Assembly (NCBI GenBank): GCA_012295275.1
Contig: CM022669.1
Coordinates: 1,674,001-1,738,000, forward strand
Reading direction: 5' to 3'
Origin: Chrysomallon squamiferum
Taxonomy: Eukaryota > Animalia > Mollusca
Length of the DNA: 64,000 bases
The notes beneath the pieces are model-generated. The model was not told the origin of the DNA, did not search any database, and saw only the letters and a list, made by a program, of their open reading frames with translations. Both the position numbers and the translations under genes were made by a program. Of this stretch, positions 23,001-37,620 are shown piece by piece (positions within the stretch are counted from its first letter, which is position 1; the number at the start of each line of letters is the position of its first letter).

Positions 23001-25454
23001 TCAAAATATTTTATAGTGTAAAGAGAATATCAACAGAAACTGTGTTCACTGAACAACAGTAAGAATTCTGGAAATTCCTTTGTGTAAAATGTTCTAAAAC
23101 CTATGACTAGACTGTTTCAACTTCGGCCAGTGTCATAACTTGAACATTAAGAATCATGATTATATATTGTGAGAAGATGCATATAAAATATATATTATGA
23201 TTTGTCAGTAAGAATAAAGCATTGAATAGTTGAAAGTGTCTTCTACATTCATTATACTTTACTTTTGACAAATGTTAGCATAATATTTTTTTAAATAATG
23301 TTAACACATACATACAGACACACACATATAGATGCACACACATATGCACCATGGATAGATCTTGTCAAATTTGGCCAAATTGTTGCTATATTATTATGCT
23401 AATATGAATACAATATTTCTGGAGTTTTGTAGCTACTACCAAGTTTAAGAAAAATCAAGAACCTGCACTACCAATGTTCTTTGGACTCACCTGAATTAAA
23501 CCTTGAACAGTCAATTTCTCTTTTTTGCATTAATATTTAAAATAAAATCCTTTAAGAAATAATTAATAATAAAATAATTAACCTCAATGTTACTAAAAAT
23601 TAAAAATATGTCACTCTAAATAATAGGTTATGTAACTACCGTGCTTGGTAATGTTGTTCACAGCTGCACAATGTACTTTAATCCAGGAGTAAATTTGAAG
23701 TATTCAAAAATAAAATCATTCTGATTACATCTTTTTGATAATGGCATTTGATAATGACAAAAATATAAGTAAACAGCAAGAATAAAATTTGCTAAGAACA
23801 GGAAAAACAAGAATGTCATATCATAGTTGGGTATCAACTTATATAAGTATAATCTATTTATAAAGCCAGGAATTATTGGTTTACCACTGAACAGTAACTA
23901 TGTAAATGAATATTGTTGTTTTGTGTAAACAAAATCTCATTTTAGGAAATTGAATATTTTTAATTATTTCTTTTTTTTCCCATGGCCTTGGCTCAGATGA
24001 TAAGACTGGTGACACCTATCTAGTTCCCTAGCCTACCTCAGGTATTTTCCACTTTTGCTTTTATTGCAGTTGGGAAGTAAAAATGGTTGTTTTCAACTAT
24101 TTTATGATTTAATTATCTTCGATCTCATCTATTTCACTGTCAAAACTTCCAAAAAGTATTCTTCAAACAAACAGTCTTACTGTACATGATCACATTCAAT
24201 ATCCTATCAAAATTCAACACTATAATTTGTTGGGTTATTTCGTTTTGTTTTTTATCAGTTGCCACATGATGGAAATACGTTATATATATTTAACAACCTT
24301 TCACTGAACCAGTGAAGTCAACAGCTAAGGGCATGACTTTGTCATTGCAACCAGTTATGAATATATATTTCTTACTGCTGAACATTAAAGGGTATGTATT
24401 CTAAACAATCAGTACTTAGTCAGGGATTGTCTAGTTATTACCCAAACAGAAGACAAGCAAATGTGTCATTTTTTGCATTTTTTGAAGCAATGATTCAGTA
24501 TATTAACAAGCCCAATTCAGTGGGATCACAATTTCAGAAAGGAGTTGTTCTGTAATATTTGCTTTAAAATATCAGGTGGCTGTTAACTAAATTAGATTAA
24601 GATTATCTGAAGTACACAAACAATAAACACAATATATACAGATAAATTTCAGAACACAGAAGCATTATAAGTTAAGTATTTTATCTTTATTATGTAGATT
24701 AAACAATTTCACTCAGTCATAAAGGTGTAAGTATTGACTGCAACTGAAATATTATCTCCAACAATAAAACAAGGAAAAAGAAAAAAAATGCCAACATAAT
24801 AATTCAAAGACCAATTCTGCTCCCACCACATTTATTGCTGGCAGACTGTTTTATCTCCTGTTATGAAAAGCAAGCAATAATAAACAAACATGTTTTATAT
24901 TATGATAGTAAAACCTTACCCTTCACACAGAGATATTGAATTTCAAAGATAATTAATTATCTATATACAGTGTAGTACAATAGTAACCAGACACCATGTG
25001 AAGTACCACTTATATGTGTGTGGTCCCTGAATTATGAATAAAGACTTTAATAATTTCATTACACTTCATTCTGTTTTTCATCTTTTACAATTGAGATGAA
25101 CACTAAAGCACAGAACCAGAACAATAACCTTTTAACCAAGTTTAATAATCCTAACCATCACCTTGTCTGCTGTCGTTTATCAGTTATAATATAACCTTTC
25201 TTGTGTAAGAATACTTTTATGTTATAATAACAATGTAATTGAATTTAGATTATTATTGGTTTGCTAGGAACTGAATCAAACCTGAGAGCAACTAAGTAAG
25301 AGAGATAGAAAAGGAGAAAAAGACAGCATGCACGCATGTGCATATACAATCATGTTTGTGGTTTTTGTGAATGTTTAATTGTGGTTGAAGTTTATGACAG
25401 TATTTGTGTCAAAACTAAAATCTGTCAAACTTTCAATTCAGAATCAAGACCTAC

Positions 25455-25543
25455 CTCCAATTCTGGCTTCATAAGCAACACCCACACTGCAAACAGAGTT
25501 ATCTGCCTGTGCTGCCACTTCTCCTGCACATCTTGTGCCATGA
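25455..25543 (-). CDS. furin: Furin-like exon with catalytic His
   Basis: tttcag|...|gtagg, 89 nt, phase 2-1. [29 protein letters not shown](G). Confidence 0.97.
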
Positions 25544-25903
25544 CTGAAAACAGAAAATATTTGAATATTTTATTCAATATTAATTAAAACCATAAAACTT
25601 CACTGTATTAATATATACAAGTCTAAAGAGACTGTTGAAATATTTTGAAAAAGAAGAAAAAAGAAAAGACCTACAATGAATATGTAATCTAAGCTATTAA
25701 CATTTTTATTTCAACAATACAACCATGCATTCTTTGTAACAACCAAACAATTGATCAATTTCATTAAGATGACAAAACCTCAGTATTTCCCATTTGCATA
25801 AACAAAATTCACCTACTTTGTTAGAGACATTGAAACATTAATGTGACAGACTATTATTGAAAAAACAAATTTTAACAATTTTACAACATTAACTGAAACT
25901 TAC

Positions 25904-25980
25904 CGGTTTTCATTAGAATAGTCATATCTTGGTTGAGGATCAGGATCATGGCCATTTACATCATAGCTAGCTTGTTCATC
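25904..25980 (-). CDS. furin: Furin-like exon, S8 domain
   Basis: ttttag|...|gtaag, 77 nt, phase 0-2. DEQASYDVNGHDPDPQPRYDYSNEN(R). Confidence 0.96.
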
Positions 25981-28900
25981 CTAAAAATAAATTGAGGAAC
26001 GATAATCATAAATAAAATATACTAAAAATAAAAATAGAAAGCATGATAGAATTTAATTATTAACAAATTCTAGATTTTTATGATTATTATCATTATCATT
26101 TTTTCTTTTTTACATTTAATCTTTATTTATTTATTTATTCTCTTTTTTTTTTTGGTAAATGCAAGTACAAATAAAATTATTTTTATTTTCTTTTTATTCA
26201 ATTATTTGGTATCGTTTCTTTAATTACCAGATAAACATTTCTTTATCAATAATGATTTTCTCGGCAAAAAAGAAAAGAAAAATAAAGAAAAACTATTAGA
26301 AGTATCATTAAAACACCTTCTAGTTCAAAATAAATTTGATGATTTATATTAATCAGATTATTTTTTTCTTTCTTTCCTTTTTCTTATTCTATATTGTTTA
26401 TTTTTTTGTTTTTGTTTTTAGAATCATTGTTTTCTGCTACACTAAAAATTAGAATTTTAAGTTTTAACAAACATACAAAGAAATAACTTCACAAAAACAA
26501 AAAAGTTTTCTTTAAAATTTTACAAAATGTATGCCTTTGGTTTCATAAAATATAATGCATTACTGTAATGCAATTTTTAAATTTATTTATTTTTAAATTT
26601 GTGAAATAATTGGTCACATCACTGTTGGCTTTTAGTCATTATTAGAACAGATGACTCATAAACAATGGTTGCCAAAGTGAACCTGCTCAGTGCACAGCTT
26701 TATGTATCACCTACTAGTTCTCTGTGGAAGATACTGCATGAACAATAAAACAACATAATGACCCCCCCCCATAAAAACAATAAAATAAAATAAATAATAA
26801 AACTCAGTTTATAATCAGAGTAACATGTACAGAATTAAAAAAGTAGTATCTCTCTAATTACAAAATAACATGACTGACATGTAATAACAGCTAATAAGTA
26901 ATATTATTTGAAACAGAAAAATCTTTCTTCTTTTTTCCCCCTTTCATGAATACAACAAATAAACATCTAAATACTGCTCTGTTTTTACTTTAAATAAAAA
27001 AAATAATTATATATATATATTTGGATAATTCTCACCAAAGAATGCCACTAAGCAACATGTGATCATGAAAGGCATAACATTTTTAGACAGCTATTGTATT
27101 TTTTAAAGAAATAGTAAGTTACTAAATTTGAATCAGAGCATTCCAATTAGTTACTGACAGGGGAATGTGTTGTTTGGTGGTTTTTCAACCTTGTCCACTC
27201 AATTAAGATTCCAACTCAGAATTGAAAGTGAAAAGAAACAGAATGAAATCAAACATTAATGACTGCTGGTCATTATTATAGTGTCTTGAAAAGTGCAAAA
27301 GTTTACTAACAAAAATAAGTAAAATTTGAGGAACAGCAACATTGCTGAAAATAAATTAATGAGGTGGTAGGCTGTACGTATGTTCATGTAATTTGATTAT
27401 TGTATAGCAGGTTCATGCATTTTACATCTGAACATTTTTTTTTAGTTTGACACATGAAAGATACTGTCATATTCATTGTATTTCAAGCCAAAGATCATGT
27501 GCACACACAAACACAAACACATACACACATATACCAACACATACACACACAAACACACACGTGCACACACACCCACGCACCCATGCGCAGTCACACACAC
27601 ACACACTCTAAACAAATATAATGGAAATGTTTTTGCATTTAAGATAAATTAACAAGAACACACAAAGTTACCATGATAATTAAATTGCATTTAGCATTAC
27701 CGTTTTATACAGTTTTGGTAGCTTGTATAACAATTAGAAATGAGGTAGACCTAATAAGTAAAGAATAGGGATGTCCCACCTCCTGCACACCTGGCAGCCT
27801 TTAATGTGATAGTTTTACACAGCTATGTAGTGATTGGCTTGCAAAACAATAGGATGCCAGTTAAAGTATATTCCATATTAGGATGTATTGTGAAAATTGA
27901 AGAGAATGGATACAGTGAAGTGTCAAATGACTTTAGTTCAGCTCAGTATTTATTGCATACTATTCAACATGCTAATAAGAGTAATATGAATAATCAGTAT
28001 TCAATCATTTCTAGCACATTTCACTTTTATTTGTAACCATGATATAAAAAACATCTTCCGCATAGTTCATTACTGATCAGTCCCTGTTCTCAAACTGAAT
28101 CTTGATGTGATGTAATTAATTGCATTACATGGAGCATTCATGTTAACATGTAGTCTGAGAAGCACAGAATGTTGGGGTGGGGGGTGGGGGTGGAGGGTCA
28201 TTGGGGACATTTTTCAACATCTGGAACCAGACATCACTGAGAAGGAACAAAGGAACAAGTGGGAAAACAATGGCATGTCATACCACATCAGCATTTTCCT
28301 TGTAGTCAACATTCAAATTGCACTTCTGTGCATATTTCGAATCAGCCTGTCTGTAGTGAATCAAATATATCTTTAGTGTACACTGAGGAAAGATAGTTTT
28401 CAGTGAGTTCAGCAGTGCCATTCCAAAATCTATGAAGGCAAAATCAGGGGGAAAATTAATGTTAATTTTATGACATGCTCACTGGTATGTTTTCCTAATT
28501 ATTCGAAAGCAAACCTCAAATGTATATATATAACTGCTGTTCATGGAATAATAGCAAACTCAGTTCTTCATATTGCCACACTTTATGTTAATTACTGAAG
28601 ACAAATTATAATCCAAAACCGTTGATGCAGCCCTCTTACTTCCTCACTGCCTGGTGAGAAAGTGGGATTGACTCATGTGAACTCCACACCTACTTAATAT
28701 CAACAATGACTTGTTTCTTTAATAGAGGGAGACAGCATGGAATTATCTCAGGCTTTGTAGAATTTTATATTGCTTTTGATGTTCTTGGATCCCATGACTT
28801 TGTCAGTTGTGATAATATTGCAGCTAATTTTATGCCTATCCATTATACTTTTCTTATACAGCTTTTGTGTCCAAATATATATATATATAATAATTTTTTT

Positions 28901-31900
28901 TACTAAAAAGCTTGTAAGATGATAACAACAAGAATAATGATAATGATTATGATAAAAGTTGTAATTAAGATGATCAGTATGTCAACAGATTGTATAGATA
29001 ACAATGTTCAAGATACTGATCAGTGTGATGACGATGCTGATATTGATAACAGGTGAACTTAAAGACAATATTGGCAAGAAGAAATAAAGAAACAACCTTG
29101 CAAGATGTCTATCTGTACTGTACTGCTATTTTAAATATGATTAATAGTAAGTGCATTAATCTTTGATGTTAAGGGGTATTGCTGGTTTTCTTCATAAAAT
29201 ATGTCATTCATATTTAATTTTTATACTCTAATTAAATGTTTTCCTTGTTTTTAGATTTTATTCTTATTATTTTTGTTATTGTTGTTGTTCCATATTCCTC
29301 ATCAGAATTACAAATAAATGATAATATTGTAATTCTGTTTTTACTATTTTTAATCTGAAGTACCATATCTTTAAAAAAATGCCACAGACACAGAAAATAA
29401 CAACCATTTATACATATTCATTCTGCAATCATGATTCTTATGTATTTCAGTAAAATCAACATTTTAAGAACATACACTTTACCAAAAATAATATATTTTT
29501 TAAAGTATCATGATCCAAAAGTAATGTTTGCTAAATTTTTGCTGACAATATATACATTTCCAAACAAATAAAAAATAAAAAAGACAGCTCCCTCAAAGAA
29601 AAAAACATAAATACAAACACTCCCAGAATATGTTCAATTATTCTCTGGGTCAATTTGTGCTTTTTTCCCTATTTAATTTTATGCCAGGCCACGTAAACAA
29701 ACATGTTTTCAGAATATAATCATCAAAACAGTAACCTGGTGCAAGAAAGATAACAACAGGAAATTATTTATTTGAAACAAATAACAAATGTATTAAGAAA
29801 ACATTGCACATCCAGTTTGACATTTATTGCATCACCCAGGCTTATTTGAATCCAGCGAGATTCGTATAAATTTCAGAGAATTATGACTGCCATAGTTTGA
29901 AGGGAAAAATCAATAGGCATGCTGCCAAAGGGGTTACCAGGGAATTTAACCTACTTGTATGTGATGTTACACAGAATTTACACAATGATAGCTGAAAGCA
30001 ATGAATAAATCAATTTCGTGGTAACAAATGCTAAAATGACGTACACAACCAACACACCCACAGAGTTGTTTTTGTCCATTCAGATAAAATTTCATATTAA
30101 TTTTAAAAAAAAGAAAAAAACACACCAACACCAAACAAATAAAAAACATGCACTAATTAATTCCTTTCACACTTATTCTTTAATCTCCTAACATATCTTA
30201 TCTCTCATGGCACCTAAATTACTAACATTATTAATGGTTACAATTTAATAATACTATAAATGTATTCATAAATAAACAGAAAAAGATATAATTAAGTAAC
30301 ACTGTACATTACCTGCAATAAATCAACCGCAATTTTAGTTGGCAAATATAACTACTTAACTATGCATTCTCTGATCCTCCTAATCATTATTTTGTTTTAG
30401 AAGATCACTGATTATCAAACTGACCATCAGCTGCTAAAATAACCATTACAAACAGTTCTGGCAAAAACAGTTAATGACTATCAAACTGACAGATGTTATA
30501 AAATGTGATCACTTCAGGCTAAACAAAGAGTAATAGCTATGAATTTCAATCATTTCTAAAATTAGCCGTTGCAGATAATAAAAGAGAACAAAACTGAAAA
30601 TTATGACGCAGACTTAAAAAAGTCTATTTTTAAATGATCTTACCATCCTATTGACCTTTATGGAATGCACTGATTAACCTTTGACCCAATCTAGATGTAA
30701 TAGTTTATCAAAGGTTTTTACTGCAAATGTAAATGCTTTGTATAATGATTGACCCATTATCAATGTCATTTTTTACATATTTTACCAACTTGAATTATGT
30801 TTTATTGATTATGGATGAAACTACTGATCAAGCAGACACATTATGAATGTAATTGCATAGTGAATCATTATGGATGAAAATGCTTATCAATCCAAATGAT
30901 TTTAGATGGAATATCTTCTAACTTGACTCCTGATTAATATATTTATCAATAAAATAAACTATCCACCATACTTATTCATTATGTAGGATGATATCTACCA
31001 GACTGACCCATTATATGATGGTCATTACAGAAAACTTGCTATCTAGATGAAATATCACAATTTATAAGAATGTACATACTGGGATGTTTCTATCCAATAA
31101 TATTATAGTATATAATCACAGTGGCCAAATGTTCTTAACAACAGAAAAAAACAACCTTTGATAAATGAAACTCTTCATTTTGAATTTTTTATTTTTTGGG
31201 GCTTTCATCATGCAAAAGATCATCATCTTTCTTATTAATACCCATTCATTTACTCAACCATCAGACAGGATCTATTTCTATTTGACAAACCTTACCTTTT
31301 TAAAAATGACTGTTTAATTTATATGTCACATTATATTATTATTATTACTTATTTAACCTTTTACAAAATTAATAAATATTTATTAATTTAAGTTTATATT
31401 TTTGATAGTTAGAAAACAAATTATAATAAATAATCAATCATTTAATACTGGCTAACATCTTTTAACCCATCTCTATGACTTTTCTTTTTATCTCAAACAA
31501 ATATGTATTTATACATATCTAAACACACAAGTCAAACCTGTGGATAACAAAAACACTTAACACTGCCAAATTTGTCATCTGTGCCCAACCTTGACCCTGC
31601 TGTATGAACATTTTAAGAAATTCAGGCTTTTTTTATTATTATTTCTTGCCTTTGCATCTTTCACTTGATGTTCAAAAAGAGGAAACACTGAATATCTGCT
31701 TCCAAGACTTCTCAATTTGACTCATACTTGCGTTATTTGTCATATTTGTGTCTTTTTTTCCATTTAACGTTTGTTTGTCTCAGCATATATTTTTGTGTTA
31801 TTTTGCATTCAGTAACAGGATACATTGTTTTTACACTTGTGGTGGGTCTGTCAAAGAAAAAACCTTATGTTAGCCATTAACAGTTAGTAATAGTATGTAA

Positions 31901-32664
31901 ATGAATCAAATTCTAATATGGAATTTAATACATGAATATTAGCAAAAAAATAAATGATATCTGACAAACTTCTCTCTTCTGTTCCTAACAGATACATTTG
32001 TTATTTCTGTGATACTTCAGTGTATTAGCAATTAACAATTAAAAATAGATGCACCTGGATTAAATCTCAGGACTTGTATTCCTCAGACTGGGAATCCATT
32101 TACCTGATACTGAAATGGCACCAAAATGACACAATATGAAACAGTGGGATATTTGACACAAAACATAAATTAATGAATCCATTAAAACGAAAAGCACAGC
32201 AAAACTGCATCTTTACTGCTATGTTTCCCATTGAAATCTAACCAAACTGACCAAATAAAAGATACATATAATTTGTTCTGCAGTTGTGGCCCAGATATTA
32301 ATTATGAAGCCGTCTATCATCCCTATATTCTGGTGGAGCCACATCACAGAACTGGATAACTTCTAAGAACCTTTCTAAAACTGCTCTATCCTTTTTGGGT
32401 GTATGAAAAAATGCTTCTAAAAAATATGGCACTGAAAATGTGAAAACTTAGATGTAAAATATTTCAGTTTGTAATTCCAGATATGATAAGGCTTTTATGT
32501 TCTTGTTGTTTTTTTGTTATTACAATATAATTTTGAATATTTTATACTTTATTGAAAAGAAGCCTACTGGTTTTTCTTTATGCAGTGTTTAAGTTATCCA
32601 TTGTATAAAATGAAAGTTATATTAAATTTAATCATAAACTTATTAATACTGTATTATTGTTTGT

Positions 32665-32700
<36 letters not shown>

Positions 32701-33820
32701 TTTTGAAGTTCAGTATCTAGTACTTTTTTGTTGTTGTATAAATTTGTTAGTCCAAATACATGAATAATGCTTTATGCCAAAAAAATTCCAATTTTGTCTA
32801 TGTTAATGAATTCTTATACATTTATTTATTTATTTATTTATTATTATTTATTTCGTTTTATTTTATTTTAAATAATTTTTATTTTTATTTTTTTTGCAAG
32901 TATTAAATTATTTAGTTATGATTGTTACAGGATTATGTTTTCTTAATGATTTTATTAGAATTTTTATTACCCATAAATATGCTAACTACTGAAGATCTAA
33001 GGAATTCATTTCTAATCCATGTCCCAAGAGTTATACCAAAATAACAGATAATTAAAAAAAAAAAAAAAGAAAGAAAGAAAGAAAATAAAGAAAATATATG
33101 TGGTGCATTTTTCTTCTTCTTTTTGCCATTTTATCCAAGTACCTTTTTTTTCACTACAAGTTTTTTCAATGATATTTTTTTTAGTACACCTTCCTGTACA
33201 CCAGGCAATGTATCAAAATCTGGTGTTAAGTGAATATTCAGACAAGGTTAATCATTTCAACAAGAAACAAATCAATACATAGACTGAATCTGAATTTTGT
33301 GTCAGTACTGGCAATAGCTTCAGTGTCATGTCAGTATCATTTCATTTTAATAGATTAAAAATCTGAATATGTTGGAGTATTTGTTTCATGTCTGTTCTGT
33401 TTCGATATAGTTTAAGTGAGTTCTGAGCCTTGTAAGGTTTTCACAATAAAAGTAACTTAAAAATAAGCGTAAGTATTAAATCAAAGATCTAAATTTTGTT
33501 CACTGTAAATATGTTGGTATGCAAAGACATTTTTAGCCTTATTTTACTTGGACTTTTAACATACCTTACTGAATAAAGTGTAGAAAAATATGTCAAACAA
33601 TGAAATCATAAGAATAAAATGAAATAAAGATGTACTACAGTCGTGCTTTAAAAGATGGAATTTTTTAACTGTATCAGTGTATGTACAGATGTATGACCAA
33701 ATAAATGGATGCATATGTACATGTATTTTATATGGGTATATGTCTGTCTATCTATATGTATACATGTATTCAGGCACTAATTATTATCTGTAATGAATTA
33801 ATAAAAGACAAATTACTCAC

Positions 33821-33949
33821 ATAATTTTTTTGAAGATCAGGATGGTCTTTTTCTATGCCATCGTCCAGTATAGTGACAGTGACTCCCTTCCCAGTGTACC
33901 CTGCTGCCCATGCCTTTTCCACATTCATATCTAAACCCTTCCCTCGATT
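33821..33949 (-). CDS. furin: Furin-like exon, S8 domain with catalytic Asp
   Basis: tttcag|...|gtgag, 129 nt. NRGKGLDMNVEKAWAAGYTGKGVTVTILDDGIEKDHPDLQKNY. Confidence 0.97.
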
Positions 33950-36944
33950 CTGAAAAGATAAAATAGAATTATCATTTAATTATATAGCAATCATATATAT
34001 TTATTAAAAATAAGTGAAGTGTAAATCATTGACAAATGCATAATACATGCAAATATTTCTTCAAACAAATTAAAACAAACACATATAAATACATCTGCAT
34101 ATATGTACATATGAGTGTGTGTATGTGTGTGTGTATGTGGGTGAGTATCACATGGAGAACCAGTGTAAAATAAGAATCTACATGAAGGGCAGTTTAAACA
34201 AGCTATGATTTATATACAAGAATTGTTACTGACAGAGGTTAATTATATATTACACAAGGTTCAAAGAGCAGGGAGAAGTCACTTCTTTCTCTAGAACATT
34301 AAGGCAGAATGAAGTTTTGTAAAGGTGAAATGAAACAATATGAAATATCCAAGTCATTGTCATAAATATAAAATTAAACAGTTAGTGTATACATACTTCG
34401 ATATATTGTTTTTATTAAAATAGGGCCTTTAATCAACTATTTTATACACAATCATGCTTAAAGTGATAAAATTATTCAACAAAAGATTTATTCGTATGTT
34501 GTTTACAATTATTCAGACCTCTACTTATGTTGGTTTGTTAATTGTAATCTTTACTGAATGTGCAGTTCTGCACAGTCATTTATCATGTCCATATCAGTTA
34601 ATTTAATCTGTATGCAAGTTTAAAAAAACTGTGTTTAACTTCTAAGCACAACAGTAAAACAATACATTTTTATTCTTACATGATTTATGAGTTATTGTAA
34701 GCATCTTAGAAGGGACATGACAGACAACTAATTTATAAAATAAATTGATTATATAACTGTAAATATAAATAGACATTAATGAGTTATAAGTTTCTTAGAA
34801 TTCCATGACATATATGTGTGTATGTGTAGATGTGCTTTTTCGTGTGGACATGTACTGTGTATATTTTTGTACACATAAAAATATGTACAATGTATTGTCT
34901 GCTGTGAGATCCTGATTGACAATACATAAAGGCAAAAATCTGCATGTGACTAAGCAAAATATTTGCAGTTTACACCATGAAAACTGAATATTATTATTCA
35001 TTTCACTTTTCTGTCATGCAATATTTGCCTTGAGAAACAATGAACAATTATACATAACTCAAAAACTGGTGAATAAATTATCAGCTGTGACAATGATTTA
35101 ACTGATAATTCTCCAACACTGGCAACAGAACGACAGATAGCCAATCAAAGCAGTCTGGTATTAAGACACAAAATTAAAGACAAGCAATAGTCCAAAAGTT
35201 AAGAATTGTAAATAAGGCACAAATTAAGACAGAATGTTGATACTAAAGCACAAATTATGACAAAAGATAGGTCCTGAAACAAAACAAATTACAACACGAC
35301 CAATAGCATATAAAATTATTTCAGTACCAAACCATTTATCTGGCTTCCAGAAATCCAGAAAATTCAGAAACTGAACTATTTTATATTTTCTGAAAACTGA
35401 CAACTCTAAAATCTGGTATGCTGTAGCTCACCACTCAGCAGCAATTGTTTTTGTTTCTGTGACTGTGACTGATGGAGATGAAAGTATCCTCTTCAATATG
35501 TAACTCTTAAGAATTATATAAGCTATATGTGATGGAGACAGAAGTCTCCTGTTTAATAGATGTTAGATTTCCTTAAAAATTATGTAACCTGCAGTGAGGT
35601 GTTTTGGGGGACTGGCTTGTGCCTGCTAAAGTTCCAAACAGTTTTGTTTTTGTCTTTACTTAATGTTCATCTGATGTATTATTATAGTCATATAGTAAGA
35701 AATGCAATTAATTTGTACCTGTATCTTTTAAATAAAAATTATGTTGTTTGCTTTTCTTTGTTAAATTTTCTTCCTATTTATTATACATGGCATTCTATAC
35801 AAGTATTTAAAGACTTTTAATGGTCTAATAAAGATCAAACAGACTCTACTTTACAAATTAATTTGTGTCTATTAAATACAGTTTCTTTCTTTTCTTTTTT
35901 CTTTTTGTTTATTTTATATTTAAGTATATATTAAACTTGTGTCCAGAAATGGAAACCACCTCCCATCCCAAGCTTGCTGGATAAATGGTATTATGATATT
36001 TTCTGAGATATTTACAGAACAAGGTAACTTCTGATAACTAAAAACATTTGACCAACAAGTTGAAAGAATATCTTTCCAGGCTGTTGTTGTGATAATCACA
36101 CTTCCTCCACCTGTGACATCATAAGCATCTCACAAAGAGAACCAAACAAGCAATTACTTTGTTTCTTTTTTTGTGTGTGATATTTTTGCTTTTACCAAAA
36201 TTCAGTTATTTGTTTTATGTGTTAAGTGGCACAGATCAAAATAAAGTCTGGGTATTATGAAATTGTGATCTCTGAAATGAATACTTCTTCAGTAATGTGA
36301 TTTCTTTTCCCTATCATTTATACCCTCATCTTCCATAGCCTTTCACACATATTTACATATGGATTCTGTCAAAACCAGGTTCACTTTGGACCAGTGACAA
36401 CATGCCTGAATAGAAAGACTGCTGGAAGCAGGTCTTAAAGTTGCCTGTGCACTCTCCTAACTTTGATTTGTCTGATGTTAAAAACTGAGGTTTCATAAAC
36501 CCAGCCAGTATCTGACTTAAAGTCAGGTACTCTGAGCTGCTTGGAGAACTGAATTGTTTTTATTGTTTTGTTTGGGTTTTTTAAAATACGTCTTGAAATG
36601 GGCAGTATTTTGAATCTTGCCTGCTTAAAACATGATAAAACAACCAATTCAGATTCTTTGACTTGCTCTTTGGTTTCTTAATGTTGAAATGTTTGTTTTA
36701 TATAGCTGCCAGTTATGGTCATTACATTTTAGAATGTTATATTCCTGTCTTAAATTATATAGCCAAATATTTTATTTACTTAGTAGATTTGATGAAAGCT
36801 CTACCAATTATTTACTGCAATGAAAGTTCATTTTTTTACATTACTTTGTTATTATAAATTCAGTAAACAACACAAAATAGGCACCATACATATCTGTCAT
36901 TAAATTTAAATGAATGAATTTACTTAGGTATCAACAAACAGTTT

Positions 36945-37620
36945 TGGAACAGAGGAATGACATAATGAGCAAGAATGTCATCGTTGAGCATTTAAATTGC
37001 CATCAATGATGACTAATGGTGAATGATAACCATGAGCAATGGCTGCCCACACCATGACAGAACCCCCACCCCCAAAATGATCTCATTCAAGAAAACAACA
37101 GTCAGCATAGCATTCATTTCTCCTATGGTAGCAGCACACCCTGCCATCATCAAGTTGTAGAGAAAATCTGGATTCATCCAAAAAAAGAACAGCAGTCCAG
37201 CGTTGCTGTATCCAAAAGTGTGTACATGTGCCCAGTTAAGACGATTTAGACAATGATGACATCGTCCATGTAAACCATTCTCCCACAGACGATTATGAAC
37301 AATTTGCCCACTGATTCAGTTATTATGAAGCCCAGGTGTGTTGGCAGTAGTAGCATTGGCAGTTTGGAATTGATTGTGCTCATGATATAGCAGTCTTGAC
37401 CATGTATTGTAACATGCAGAGATTTCGTTTTACTCTACTAGAACTCCCAACATGCCTTACAACATCTTCTGTTGACATGTCAGCATCAAGCACGCCAATC
37501 ACATGTTTGCGTAAATTATTGGGTGTTCTTAGCATACTAAAAATGCTAAATGCAAATGTCATCCGTTGGCATTTGGTTCATTGGTATGCAGATTTTAAAA
37601 TCATCAAATAAACTAAATAT
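36945..37620 (-). mobile_element. Decayed Tc1 transposon (HTH plus DDE N-half)
   Basis: HVIGVLDADMSTEDVVRHVG (HTH-like), then WTAVLFLDESRFSLQLDDGRV...*DHFGGGGSVMVWAAIAHGYHSPLVIIDGNLNAQR, with stops and frameshifts. Confidence 0.9.

Noticed and set aside
30600-31100. Recurring gacccattat/atggatgaaa motifs, and ctatctagag motifs at 41150-41410
   Set aside because: Irregular, decayed tandem repeats with no identical repeat-spacer structure. Not CRISPR-like.
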